A stretch of DNA of 62,165 nt, the filler included, from Vannella sp. (Eukaryota): the NCBI GenBank assembly GCA_023345925.1. It is 6 parts of 6 records of this genome, joined end to end, with 100 filler letters (N's around TTAATTAATTAA, not from the genome) between each part and the next. Parts side by side here need not be neighbours in the genome. Positions count along the whole stretch, not along the records: positions 1 to 9,897 come from JAJQQN010000726.1; positions 9,998 to 20,562 come from JAJQQN010000515.1; 4 more parts are not named here. The stretch is one strand, 5' to 3'. Positions within the stretch are counted from its first letter, which is position 1. The number at the start of each line of letters is the position of its first letter. Position numbers and translations under genes: made by a program. The notes under the pieces were generated by a model. It had not been told where the DNA came from and did not search any database. It saw nothing but the letters and a program-made list of their open reading frames with translations. Shown here piece after piece: positions 1 through 10,486 of the stretch.

Positions 1-318
1 GACCTTTCCTTCTCTCCAATGGACCCTCTGGAGTCAAGCCTGTACGGTCCCCAGCGCTTAGCAGCTGCCTTAGAGCATGGCCAAAGCCTGCTTTCGGAGA
101 ATCCTGCGGTCGCTTCTATCGTAGAGAGTCTGTTGGGGCACTCACTTCAAGTCACGAAGAGGAGCCGAGAGCACCTCGAACGCTATCCCGATCTTTCATT
201 GAATCCGGACTTGACTGTCCATTCTGGTCGGATGGACCATGCTACTTGTGCCTGCTTCCGAGTGGGCCACATCACACTCTCATACGAGGACTGGCGAACA
301 GGCCAGAGCGCACAGTAA
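1..318 (+). CDS. 3' end of a hypothetical protein (open from the window edge)
   Basis: Frame +1 is open from base 1 to TAA at 316-318 and converges on the TM9SF stop. No motif recognised. Confidence 0.4.
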   Translation, partial: DLSFSPMDPLESSLYGPQRLAAALEHGQSLLSENPAVASIVESLLGHSLQVTKRSREHLERYPDLSLNPDLTVHSGRMDHATCACFRVGHITLSYEDWRTGQSAQ

Positions 319-372
319 TGGAGGGGCGGCACAGATTATATAAACAATGAGATGCAGCTTGCAGAGACCTGT

Positions 373-2320
373 TTAATCGATCTTGAGGGTGCCGTAGATT
401 CCACGGACGAAGATAAGAGAGCTATAGAAGCCAACTGACCCCAACATGATGAAGAAGAAGTAACAACTGACCAAGGAGAAGCTGGCATACTTGACAGCCT
501 GCAGGACCCCAGACATTGGCGACTGGAAAACAAAGTAATATCCGCAGTAGGCGAACACAAAGAACCCTGTTGATCCGCCGCTGATGAAGGAGCGCCACCA
601 CCATCGGTGGTCCTCGCACGATAACTGGAAGTAAGTGAGAGTGACAACGATGCACGCTGTCACCACTAACACGATGAGGAACACCAAGAAGAGGATTCCG
701 TAGAGCCCATAGGTGTGATGCCCCCAGAATGTCTCGAAGATGTAGTAAAGCTCGATGTAAATCGCACTAAAAGGAAGGAATCCGCCCAACAAGTACTGAA
801 CGAAAGCACTCCGATAGCTATTCAAGGATGAGTTGACACTCACGCAGGCAGAATGCACTTACAAAGGAAGAGATGGGATCTCTCTGGGTGCATTCTTAGT
901 CCGTACGGGAGCACTGAACTCGCCTGCCAAGCGGCGTCCTGCAATGCCACCAAGAATGGTGAGGGGAGTGCCAATGAGTGACCAGATCAGGAGAATCTCA
1001 ATCCCTGCAATCACAGGAAGAGCGGAGGTTGAGTGATAGTATCTTGCGATTAAATCAGCCGCGACGGAGAGGACTGACAGAGGTCCAGCGAAGATGATAG
1101 CCGAGAGAACTAGGTTGCGAGACCATTGCTCCCCGCCAAACTGCTTGTAGAACCGAGCCGAAACGGCACCGGCAACTGCAGATGCTAAGGAGAAGATCAC
1201 CAACCCAGCTGTGTACATGGACCCCAACTGTTCAGGATAGAGGATTCCGATCATCGACAGTCCCAACAGGAGGAAGCAGACTGTTGTCAGCTGCGCTCCA
1301 GCTCCCAAGAATGCGCTCAAGAGACTCTGGGGAGTCGTCAGATAGGTCATTCCACCCTTGAATAGGCTTACCTTGTGCTCAGGGAAACGGAAAACATCAC
1401 CATGAATCAGTTTCCATCCATAGTCGTCATCTGATCACGTTCAGTAAGGCGGTCCGCTGACCCCGTTCTACTTACCTTCGCCTCCCTCCTCGAGTGACTT
1501 TGAGTAGCGAGTGATATCACGTCTGACGATACGGTTGATCACGATGGAGATGAATCCAGTGAGAAGGAGCACAAGGCCGACTGAGTTCATGATGCTCAAC
1601 CAATGAACCTCCATCTGGCGGGCTCCTCGATCCTCCAGCAAGCGGTCTTTCACGCCCAATTCAGTCACTCTCCAAGAAGAAGAGTACGTGAATGTCACAG
1701 GGAACGACTCGGCCTCGTTTGGCCCATCGCCATAGGGCAAAGGCACTAAGAAAGCGGAATCCATCACCACTACGGCCTTAATCAGGTGGTTCTCATTGAA
1801 GAGGAAGTCAAAGTGGAGGTGGGTGCCGAGGTAAGACTGGCTCTTGACTGAATTGAAGGCTCCAATGAAGCCCTTCAGTGGAAGGCCATCAACGAACATG
1901 GAGAAGGCCCAGTCCTTTCGGATGGCACTACGGAAGGCTTCAAGTTGCTCCTTATTCAAGTCCTTGGTGCAGACCTCCTTGCTAGAGATGGGCACTGCCC
2001 TTGAGGTTAGACAGAGCCAAAGGAGAGGAGAAAAGCTTACCTCCAAACTGATGCTTAAAGAGAGAGGTGTACAGACGATCCCCTTCGATGGCCATGCCAA
2101 TACTTTGTTTGATTTTGACGGCACGAAGCTCATCTGGCTCGGGAGCGCAGAAAGGAAGACTGTAGTATTCATAGGTCTCCGAGGGGTTGTTGTAAGGACC
2201 CACCGTATTGATCAAGACAGGAACCTCATCACCCGGTTGATAGGACTGCCCTTTACCTAATGGGTTGCCCCAACACAAAGACACCAACAAGAAGAAGGCC
2301 AAAGCCAGTCCTTCCCTCAT
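373..2320 (-). CDS. TM9SF: Transmembrane 9 superfamily (nonaspanin/EMP70) protein, multi-exon
   Basis: Signal peptide; VGPYNNPSETYEYYSLPFC; VHWLSIMNS; GWKLIHGDVFRFP; EDHRWWWRSF; C-terminal KID. Short GT-AG introns near 2040, 1474, 1370 and 861. Confidence 0.95.
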
Positions 2321-2383
2321 CGCCACCTGACAAATGACTCAAGAACAGTTATATATCAATAAATTAATTATTGAGACCATTTG

Positions 2384-3346
2384 ATGTTGCGTGGGGGACG
2401 GCGACTGGTTGGCCTTGGTCGGGCCCTTCAAGGATGTGGACCAGCCCGGGCCATGAGTGTTGCGAATATCACTGCAGAGTTGGAGAAAGACTTCCCGAAA
2501 GACATGTTCGCTAAGGTGGAACAGGACTTCCCCAAAAGGTCTTCGCCACAGCGATCCAACCCAAAGTTTGACAGGCGCGGACGATATCAGCCGCAGTTCT
2601 ATGAAGCTGTGGAGATGTTCCTTGATAGCGGAACATCTGCTTTGGTAAGAGGCTCTGCTAAAACACCAGACTGGAACTGTGAAAAGGAACAAGGAGAAGT
2701 GGTGCATTGGAGAGACTCGATGGATGAGTTTGGTATCACCCGCGTGAAGATTCAAGCTTTTGAAGGCTGCGAAAGGCACATAGAGATCCACTGGGAGCAT
2801 TGGATGATGCTTATCTGCCAACACGACCCCACCACTGCCACCCCAAAGGAGCCCCTCAGTGCAAAGGAAACACTGCTCCTTCGCAAAGAGGCGGCTGCCT
2901 ATGAAAAGTTCATTATGGACAATGTTCCTGGGTTGCCAGCAAGCAAGAAAGAACTGATCCAATACCCCACTCTCCAGGAGATGGAAGCCTACTCCTCATC
3001 CTCATCAAGGGGCTTCCACAAGGGAAGGGACATTCCAGTGGAGTGGATGATGGTCCTTAAGATGGTCAAGTGGCCTCGATCATTCGTGCCCAAGTACCTC
3101 GATCAAGTCAACTACTTCGAACCCTTCCGAAGGAGCGACATGACCGACCGTCTCCGAAAGTTCAGCTACTATCACACCGAAGTGGAAGGCGACGACGATG
3201 CAAGCTTTGTCCGCAAGATTGGTCAGCACCAGATGCGAAGCGATCCAAACAAGTACGGAAAGCCAGCCTACAGAGAGGATCAATTGGACCGGCTCAAGGC
3301 TGAGAACGCTCGTTACTATCCTGGTTTTGCAGAAGCCCTTGAATGA
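2384..3346 (+). CDS. Hypothetical protein with a mitochondrial-presequence-like N-terminus
   Basis: 320-aa single-exon ORF. N-terminus MLRGGRRLVGLGRALQGCGPARAMS is Arg-rich and acid-free. Confidence 0.7.
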   Translation: MLRGGRRLVGLGRALQGCGPARAMSVANITAELEKDFPKDMFAKVEQDFPKRSSPQRSNPKFDRRGRYQPQFYEAVEMFLDSGTSALVRGSAKTPDWNCEKEQGEVVHWRDSMDEFGITRVKIQAFEGCERHIEIHWEHWMMLICQHDPTTATPKEPLSAKETLLLRKEAAAYEKFIMDNVPGLPASKKELIQYPTLQEMEAYSSSSSRGFHKGRDIPVEWMMVLKMVKWPRSFVPKYLDQVNYFEPFRRSDMTDRLRKFSYYHTEVEGDDDASFVRKIGQHQMRSDPNKYGKPAYREDQLDRLKAENARYYPGFAEALE

Positions 3347-3581
3347 TCAACTTCTCACCATCATTAAAGCACTCCAACTAGTATTAACATTACATATATA
3401 ATTGATCGATAGTGATTAAAGGGTGAAAATTTTCGCGCTCCTCCCTACCAAAATTTTCGTCGGTAGAAGCAGTGTTTCCTTTTTTCTTTCGGCTACAGAG
3501 TACGTACACAGTCCTGTGTGGGTTTCCTTCAAAACGAAGGAATCAAAAGTATCTGTGTATCCTTACAAGTGAGCTTGCAGG

Positions 3582-4459
3582 ATGTCCCAGGTTCCCGATT
3601 GCCTTAACCCCACTGAAGACGACATCGCCAAGCTGATCGCTTGCGATGCTCACACTGGCTCCACCAACTGCGATAAGAACATGGGCCGCTATGTCTTCAA
3701 GAGACGTGGTGACGGTATCCACATCTTCAACCTTCTCAAGACTTGGGAGAAGCTGGTGTTGGCCGCTCGTGTCATCGCCGCTGTAGAGAACCCTGCTGAC
3801 ATCTGCGTCATCTCTGCCGGAATCTACGGTCAACGTGCCGTCCTGAAGTATGCCCACGTACGTCGTCAGACCCGTTGCAGTTACTCCGCAAATCACTTAC
3901 GTTGAAATAGCACACCGGTGCCACCGCCCTTGCTGGTCGCTTCACCCCTGGTACCTTCACCAACCAGATCCAAAAGAACTTCGTTGAGCCCCGCGTTCTC
4001 ATCGTCACCGACCCAGCTTTGGATCACCAACCCATCCGTGAGTCTTCTTACGTCAACATCCCTACCATCGCTTTCTGCCACAGCGACTCCCCCATCCACC
4101 ATGTTGACATTGCCATCCCTTGCAACAACAAGGGACAGCTCTCCATCGGTCTGATGTGGTGGTTGTTGTGCCGTGAGGTTCTGCGACTCCGTGGAGTCCT
4201 TGCTCGCAACACCGAGTGGGACGTGATGATCGATATGTTCATCTACCGTGACCCTGAGGATCAAAAGAAGGACGAGGCAGCTACCCTCGAGGAGAGCTTC
4301 GCTAACCAGGGCTTCGGACCTGAGGCCACCGATGGTGATGACTCTTGGGGAGAGACCAAGGCCCCTGCTGACTGGGCTGCCACCGGTGAAGCCGCTGGCG
4401 ACTGGGGAGACTCTGGTGCCAACTCAAACTGGGCCGACACCTCTGCTGGTTGGGAGTAA
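3582..4459 (+). CDS. RPSA: 40S ribosomal protein SA (uS2)
   Basis: [50 protein letters not shown]. Intron 3858-3910 and a probable 5'-UTR intron 3500-3580. Confidence 0.98.
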
Positions 4460-4516
4460 ATTATCACAAATATAGTTCCGGCAATTTCTTCGATCCACAC
4501 CTTGTTCCTCCTCCGC

Positions 4517-5248
4517 ATGGAGATCTCGCAAGCCTTTCATGTTGAGGGTGAGCTGGAGCCCACCAAACCTCCTTCGACAGCTGAAGAATACCTACAGCAA
4601 GTGCGATGGGAGGCCAACCGCCTCGAGGATGTTGTAGTGGCTCCAGACAAAGAGAGAGAAGAGACGAGGGCCCCTGTGCACGGCGTTCGCGATTTCCCTC
4701 GAATACCCTCAATCCCTCCCGGAATGAGGCCTTCCAAAGAGTGGCAAGAGGATCTCCTGTTTAGTTTCGAAGAGACTCGGACCCAATGGGAGGTATCCCT
4801 CCAGATGCCAACCGAACCCTCTTTGAAGGTCCCTCCAGCAAACGACCGAAAGCTATGGCGTGACCTTTGCTTTGGAGCTTCTCCCTCCTTACCGCTCTCC
4901 ACTCTACTACGCCAACTTGACTTTGTGTCGTTGAACAAAGTTGGTAGAAAGACGACAAGGAACTGTTCTCACCCACGTTAGGTCCTCACTTATCACAGCC
5001 GGTGGGCTCAGACAGAGGAGATGACTGCTCACCGATCCTGTTGGCTCTTTGCACTTCTAACAAGGGTTGAGTTACCACTTGCTCCCGAGCTGGGGTCTGA
5101 GCTTTACTCTCTCGTGATGCGATGCGCTACCCTTCGCTCGCGTCTGACCTCCTTGGAAGACCCCTTGCTCCCTCACCTCAACATCTTGATTACCCTGCTT
5201 GAGAAGTACTTTGGCCAAGTGTTAGACGTCGATGAACTGGAAACCTAA
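4517..5248 (+). CDS. GEMIN2: Gemin2 / SIP1 (SMN-interacting protein)
   Basis: PPSTAEEYLQQVRWEA; WLFALL...PL; LNILITLLEKYFGQ. Intron about 4940-4981. Confidence 0.88.
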
Positions 5249-5328
5249 ACGAGGGAACGAGTTGTGGGGAGGACATTGTTCGTTTTAGCACGCAAAGGGT
5301 GAGGCCTCCTAATCAGAGTCCTCGTCAT

Positions 5329-5803
5329 ACTCTTCGTCATCATCAAAGTCGTCGTCGTCTTGGCAACATGGTTAGGAGCCATGAAAGGGGTCACAAAAAG
5401 AAGGCGCTGGCTTACTGTACTCGATGGGAGGGACAAGGAGCTTTCGAACTTCATCAGAGCGGCAGAGGTCTAGTGGCTTCTTGCCATCCACATTGACGAT
5501 GTCTCGGTCAGCGCCTTGCGACAAGAGGTAGTAAACAACACTTTGGTGGTTCTTCCAGGCTGCTTTGTGGAGGGGAGCGTCCCCATTCTTGTTGATAGCA
5601 TTCACATCACCTTTGTGACTCACCAGAATCTTAACAGATTCAGCATGTCCACCAGCAGACGCCCAGTGCATCGGGGTGTTGTTCAACGAGTCCTTCTTGT
5701 TCACAGGGTGGCGAAGACGAAGGAGTTCCTGAATCTGATCCTCATTTCCACGCTTAGCCGCCTCAATGATTGGGAACACGCCTGATGGTGGGCCGTCTGC
5801 CAT
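5329..5803 (-). CDS. Small ankyrin-repeat protein, OSTF1-like ankyrin region with acidic tail
   Basis: EAAKRGN, TPMHWASAGGH, GDAPLHKAAWK. After one intron the frame ends DDDDFDDDEEYDEDSD*. Confidence 0.85.
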
Positions 5804-5958
5804 TTTGGTTGAGGAGAGAATGGCTCTCAAAAGTTCCGGGCGACCAAACCGATTGAAAACAATAACTTTTTATTTATTTTTAAGAGGGTCACTTTTCCAT
5901 CAATAGGGCGACGTGGTTTACTGGAGCCGTGAACTGGAGTCCAGCCCTGTTGCAGGGT

Positions 5959-6408
5959 TCATTGCTTCAATGCAGCGTCGTGAGTGGCGATGATCTTCAG
6001 GAGACCAGGGAACTCGTCCAGGAGGGTGGTGGGGAAACCATCCAAGTCAGAAGCGGTCATAGAAAGGAACACAATGGTCTTCAGGTCAGCAATCGTGAAA
6101 GAACCAACAAAGTATCCATTGTCTCCGTTTCTGGAGGAGAGTTGGGCCAGACCTTTGAGGAAGACGAGGAACTTGCCCTCGACCAGTTCCTTGCGGAGGA
6201 GGAGCTTCTTCTCTGCATCAGACTCTTGGATGGAGGGAGTGAGGAGATGGATTCCGTCTTCCACTGCGTCCACGACCTCGTCCACTCGGAGAGACTCCAT
6301 CAAGTCGGTGGGGTACAGACCTCCCTGTTTACCCAACGCAGGATAGCACTCGATTGAGTGACTTGAGTACCATCTTCTTTGGCCAATCGCGCAGAATGGG
6401 CATATCAC
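5959..6408 (-). pseudogene. Glutathione S-transferase remnant (frameshifted, N-terminus eroded)
   Basis: DGTQVTQSSAILR is in one frame and LGKQGGLYP...YFVGSFTIADLK...LDGFPTTLLDEFP is in another, with no intron between. The N-terminal thioredoxin-like part is incomplete. Confidence 0.65.
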
Positions 6409-6804
6409 GGTTGAGCGCCGAACAGTTTAAGTTCAACAGAATTGGGTCCTGCGAGGAGAGGTTCAACGTACGACAAAAGGTGTTCGTTTTGGGAAGTCAC
6501 TCTTTGGCCCACACCGTTCAGCTACGCAGATGGTTCTTCGTACTTTCTCGCCGCGGCGGTTGTTTGATAAAGGTAGCAAGAAGGTATTCTACGGGCTCAC
6601 AGCTTGGCGAACGGTTCATCTTTCTGCGTACAATCCTTCGACCTGGAGTTGAAACGCTCGAATGCGGGAAAGTGATTCATGCCGAAGTGGGTTTGAAGGG
6701 TCTTTACGGGATGAGAAGGAAATGAACGAGGTAAGGGCTGTCTTGAACCTCACAGAGTGAAACGAGATACAAAGAAGTTCCTTCTTGTGGGGATGGAAGT
6801 GGAA

Positions 6805-7923
6805 TCAGAACCTTGCACTCTTCTGGTGGCTCCTAGAGCTTGAGTGTGAGAGCGGATATGCCTCAAGAGAGGAGATGGTGGGCACCAGAACATTAGAAGT
6901 GTGGCCGAGTCCAAGCTGTCCACTGTGGTTGCACCCAAAGACAAGAATCCGGCTTTCTGAAGAGAACAGGAACGAATGAGATCCACCAATGGCAAGAGAA
7001 ACCGTTCCCTCGGAACCAGGCACAAGAACCGGTTGGTCTGTGACACTTTCGTCTCCCAAACCTAACTGGCCGTAAGCACCGAATCCAAAGGACCACACAC
7101 AGCCCATCTCATCCAACAGAAGGCAGTGATGGTAACTACTCGAAGCGGCCGCCATGAAAGGGATGCCACTGATCTTCCGTAACGCACCTCCAGCTCCAGG
7201 AGTGGTCCACACTGCACCCTCCGATTCGACTAGAAGGATCAACGAGAAGCCTGCAGCAAGGCTACGAAGAGATCCTCTATAAAGTTCACTTGTGTACAAA
7301 AGGCAGGGGCGGTTCACTTCATTGGAGTGACCGAGACCTAGTTGTCCTGAGTTATTCTTTCCGAGGACCCAGAGAGTGCCTTCTTCAGCTTCTGCCACGA
7401 GGAACGATTCTCCACAAGCCACTTTGATGATCAAAGGAAGGTCTTTCAATCGTTGCGGGGTGGAGGAAGCCCAAGGAAGAGCAGTTTGGTGACTTGTCCA
7501 CACCCAGAGCCCGCCTTCTGTGTCCAAAGCCGCGCTGTGCGAGACACCAGCAGCCACCAAACTAATGGGAGGGAGAGAAGCGACACGCTGAAAGGTTGAG
7601 AGGGTTCCTTCGCCGGCTTCCCAAACATCTCCTTCCTCCCCAAGCACCAGAGAGTGTTGCCATCCCCAGTCCGCTTGCACCACCCCCGACCCTTCCCAAG
7701 GGACCTCCATCACTTCCATCACATCTTCATCATGCCCAAGACCCAATTGCCCCGCTTGGTTGCTCCCAAACGCCAACAATCCGCCCTCCCGAGATCGGAG
7801 AAGCGTGAAGTTCCCAAAGCCCATCCAAGAAATGAGATCCAACCATTCCCCTCCCTCCTCCCACACCTCTCGCCCACTATAAGGAAGATTGAAAGGCCAA
7901 AAGAGGGAGAAAGCAAAAAGCAA
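6805..7923 (-). CDS. RCC1/BLIP-II repeat beta-propeller protein
   Basis: Repeated FG.N..GQLGLGH, VAAG..HS and VACG..F motifs. Start codon uncertain. Confidence 0.85.
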   Translation of the reverse strand: MLFAFSLFWPFNLPYSGREVWEEGGEWLDLISWMGFGNFTLLRSREGGLLAFGSNQAGQLGLGHDEDVMEVMEVPWEGSGVVQADWGWQHSLVLGEEGDVWEAGEGTLSTFQRVASLPPISLVAAGVSHSAALDTEGGLWVWTSHQTALPWASSTPQRLKDLPLIIKVACGESFLVAEAEEGTLWVLGKNNSGQLGLGHSNEVNRPCLLYTSELYRGSLRSLAAGFSLILLVESEGAVWTTPGAGGALRKISGIPFMAAASSSYHHCLLLDEMGCVWSFGFGAYGQLGLGDESVTDQPVLVPGSEGTVSLAIGGSHSFLFSSESRILVFGCNHSGQLGLGHTSNVLVPTISSLEAYPLSHSSSRSHQKSARF

Positions 7924-8006
7924 CGGAACGCCGCTTCGGGAATTCCTTGAAAAAAAAAGAGCGGGAAAATCTGTTCGTCGGTGGAACTGGAACGCTAGCC
8001 ATTGTC

Positions 8007-9248
8007 ATGTCAGCGCGCAACCTGATCCTTAGTGGGGACAGTCAAAGCTTGTGGAACTGCACGCTTTCGCCCGGATGGAGTCGGGAGGAAGTGCGGGTTC
8101 TTCGGTTGGCTATTATTAAGTTTGGTGTGGGCCATTGGAAGGAGATCATCCAGTCTGGATGTCTTCCTGGTAAGAACCCGTCTCAGCTGTCGCTCCAATG
8201 TCAACGCCTCCTCGGCCAGCAGTCATTGGGAGGTTCGTGCATTCCCTCCTTCTTTCCTCAAGCTCCTCTCATCGCAGTCCCTCCTAGAGTACATGGGGAT
8301 CCACCTTGACTCTGACATCGTCTTCAAGAGGAACTCTCAACGCGAGGGCCTTCGTAAGAACGGTTGTCTCATCAATAGCGGGAGTGAGTCTTCAAGAACT
8401 TCTTCGATCCTCTTCCCCTGACTTGATTGAAGAGACCCAGACACCAGATGAGAGACAGGAGAAGATGAAGAAGAACACAGAGCGCTATCAGCTCTCTGAG
8501 ATCGAGGTAGACGCGGTCGCTCTTCCCAACCGAAGCAGGGAGATCAGTGACGGTTCGTTGGAGGGCTAAAGGAGTACAATGATCTAACTTCATGACAGAG
8601 AAGCCAAATGAAGAGAAGGCGGAGTATCTGAGGACACTCAGACGCCGCCTGCGAGCCTTGGAGTTGGAAGCAGAGTCACGTGGACTGTCCCTGGTGATTA
8701 CCAACGAATCAACACCAACAGCAGGTTCAACAGCCAAAGGATCACCTTCAGTCGTCCAAGCAGACCCCATGTCTATCTCTGTATGGCTGAATTCGCCTCC
8801 TCCGTCTCCAACATCACTTGATGGCCCATCCCCAGGTGTGAGGCCGCCTCTTCTTCCTTACCAGTCACACTACCCTCTCCAATGCATCCTCTCCAATGAT
8901 GCTCTCATCCTACGGATACACCGGAAGAAGAGATCAAGAAAGGCTGCTGAACCCAGCTCGAAGATCTTCCCGCAGACTCACTCGAAGAGAGGAGCTACAG
9001 TTCAGTCTGGTCCTCCAAAGAAGAGAAAGAAGACTTGCCATCAGAGCCGAGACGAAGGAGCCCGGGAGCTGGAGAATCTCGCCTTTGACAACAACTTGGA
9101 CTTTACTATCTCCTCTGAGCTGCTCCCTCGTCAGCGCCGAGAGGCTATCAAGTCTCCATCCAAGAAGGAATCACCATGTCATTCTGGTGAAAGTGAAGAG
9201 GAACTCGGGAGTGAGGCAGAGGCAGATGACGACTACATTCCCTCTTGA
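8007..9248 (+). CDS. Homolog of p1 (Myb/homeodomain-like subunit of the MTA1/AMT1 DNA 6mA methyltransferase complex)
   Basis: Spliced product SLWNCTLSPGWSREEVRVLRLAIIKFGVGHWKEIIQSGCLPGK...CQRLLGQQSLGEYMGIHLD...RKNGCLINSG matches my recollection of the ciliate p1 N-terminal domain. Introns 8233-8287, 8384-8432 and about 8552-8598. Confidence 0.8.
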
Positions 9249-9364
9249 AGAATGTCAATTCGCTGTAAATCCCTTTTCGATGGCTCCCTTCAAGTCTTTC
9301 GTTCTTTTGTAGCATAAATATCGCCTTTAAGTACACTTGCTATTATCCATTCCCACCCATTTGC

Positions 9365-9897
9365 TCAGCTGAGGCAGCAGGACTCTTTTGAAGGGTTGGT
9401 CAATGTCGGACCATTCCTCAAAAACTGGCTGAACTCAAGCGGACTGCAAGCCCTCATGAGGAACGGATGCTACAGAAAGGTAAGAGTCCGCCGTTTCAGG
9501 TCAACGATGGTGACTGACTTGGAGGAGAAGGATGGAAGTGGTTCGGTCTTCGGCATTGTGCGTTAAACACTTTTCTACAAAGTCTAGAAGCTCGGAAGAG
9601 TATTTCTCTTTGTCTTTTGGAGGCGGAACCCCTTCGGAAACAATCTTAGAGAGTGCTTCATTCCCTGAAAGCTCCAAGTAAGGAGGGGCTCCATCTAAGA
9701 TCTCCAGTAAGACTATTCCTAAGCTCCAAACATCCACTTTGGAGTCATATCCAGCGCCCTCTATGAGTTCAGGAGCCATCCAATAGGGAGTGCCTATCAC
9801 AGTGGTCCTACGCAGCCTTCCTTTGGTAATTTGCGCGGCAAAACCAAAGTCAGCTGTACCAAGATGTGTCCGTTAGAAGTGGTACGGGGAGGTGAGG
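9365..9897 (-). CDS. STE20/PAK-family kinase, C-terminal part (cut by contig end)
   Basis: DFGFAAQIT...TTVIGTPYWMAPE; KVDVWSLGI; PPY; HPFL. Last exon ends ESCCLS*. Confidence 0.9.
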
Positions 9898-9997
9898 NNN
9901 NNNNNNNNNNNNNNNNNNNNNNNNNNNNNNNNNNNNNNNNNTTAATTAATTAANNNNNNNNNNNNNNNNNNNNNNNNNNNNNNNNNNNNNNNNNNNN
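9898..9997. other. Artificial contig linker
   Basis: N44-TTAATTAATTAA-N44, with stops in all six frames. Confidence 0.99.
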
Positions 9998-10436
9998 GTG
10001 GGACTGGTGAGTGTATTACTCCCCTGTGAGGAGAGGAGGCCGGAAAAGAATGAGGAGGAAGCCTAGGGACGAGGCTTATATACACAGGCCCCAATCAGAA
10101 AGCTGGATTTCCCGTTATGCCCCAAAAACCGTTGACAACAAAAAGCTTCTTCCACGCCTCCCACTGGAGCAAGCATCTTCCCACTCCCGACATCTTCGAT
10201 GGCGTAGTTCCGTGCGCAAAGTGTTCTCGGGCCTGGATTGATAAGACTTCCACCACAACCAGTGGATTTCTTGTTGTTTCCGTGAGGGTGTGCGGTGCTC
10301 CCTGAAGCGCGACCTGAAGAGGAACATGGAAGTCTGGAGCAGGGCGAGTACACAAGACAGAATGTCTTGCACTCCATCTCTTTAGGATTAGCTTTTGGAC
10401 TGATTTTCGTTTTTTCTCTATTTTTAGTTCTTTTGG

Positions 10437-10480
10437 AGGAAAGGAAAGGAAAGGAAAGGAAAGGAAAGGAAGGAAAGGGA
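10437..10480 (+). repeat. (GGAAA)n microsatellite
   Basis: ggaaaggaaaggaaaggaaaggaaaggaaagga run just downstream of the CUB gene stop. Confidence 0.85.
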
Positions 10481-10486
10481 TTTCGT

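Noticed and set aside
9898..9997. TTAATTAATTAA palindromes inside N runs (five copies)
   Set aside because: Identical 100-nt artificial linkers. Gene adjacency across them has no biological meaning.
10011..10400. Several overlapping short ORFs
   Set aside because: No frame has a recognisable motif and the region is at a contig edge.
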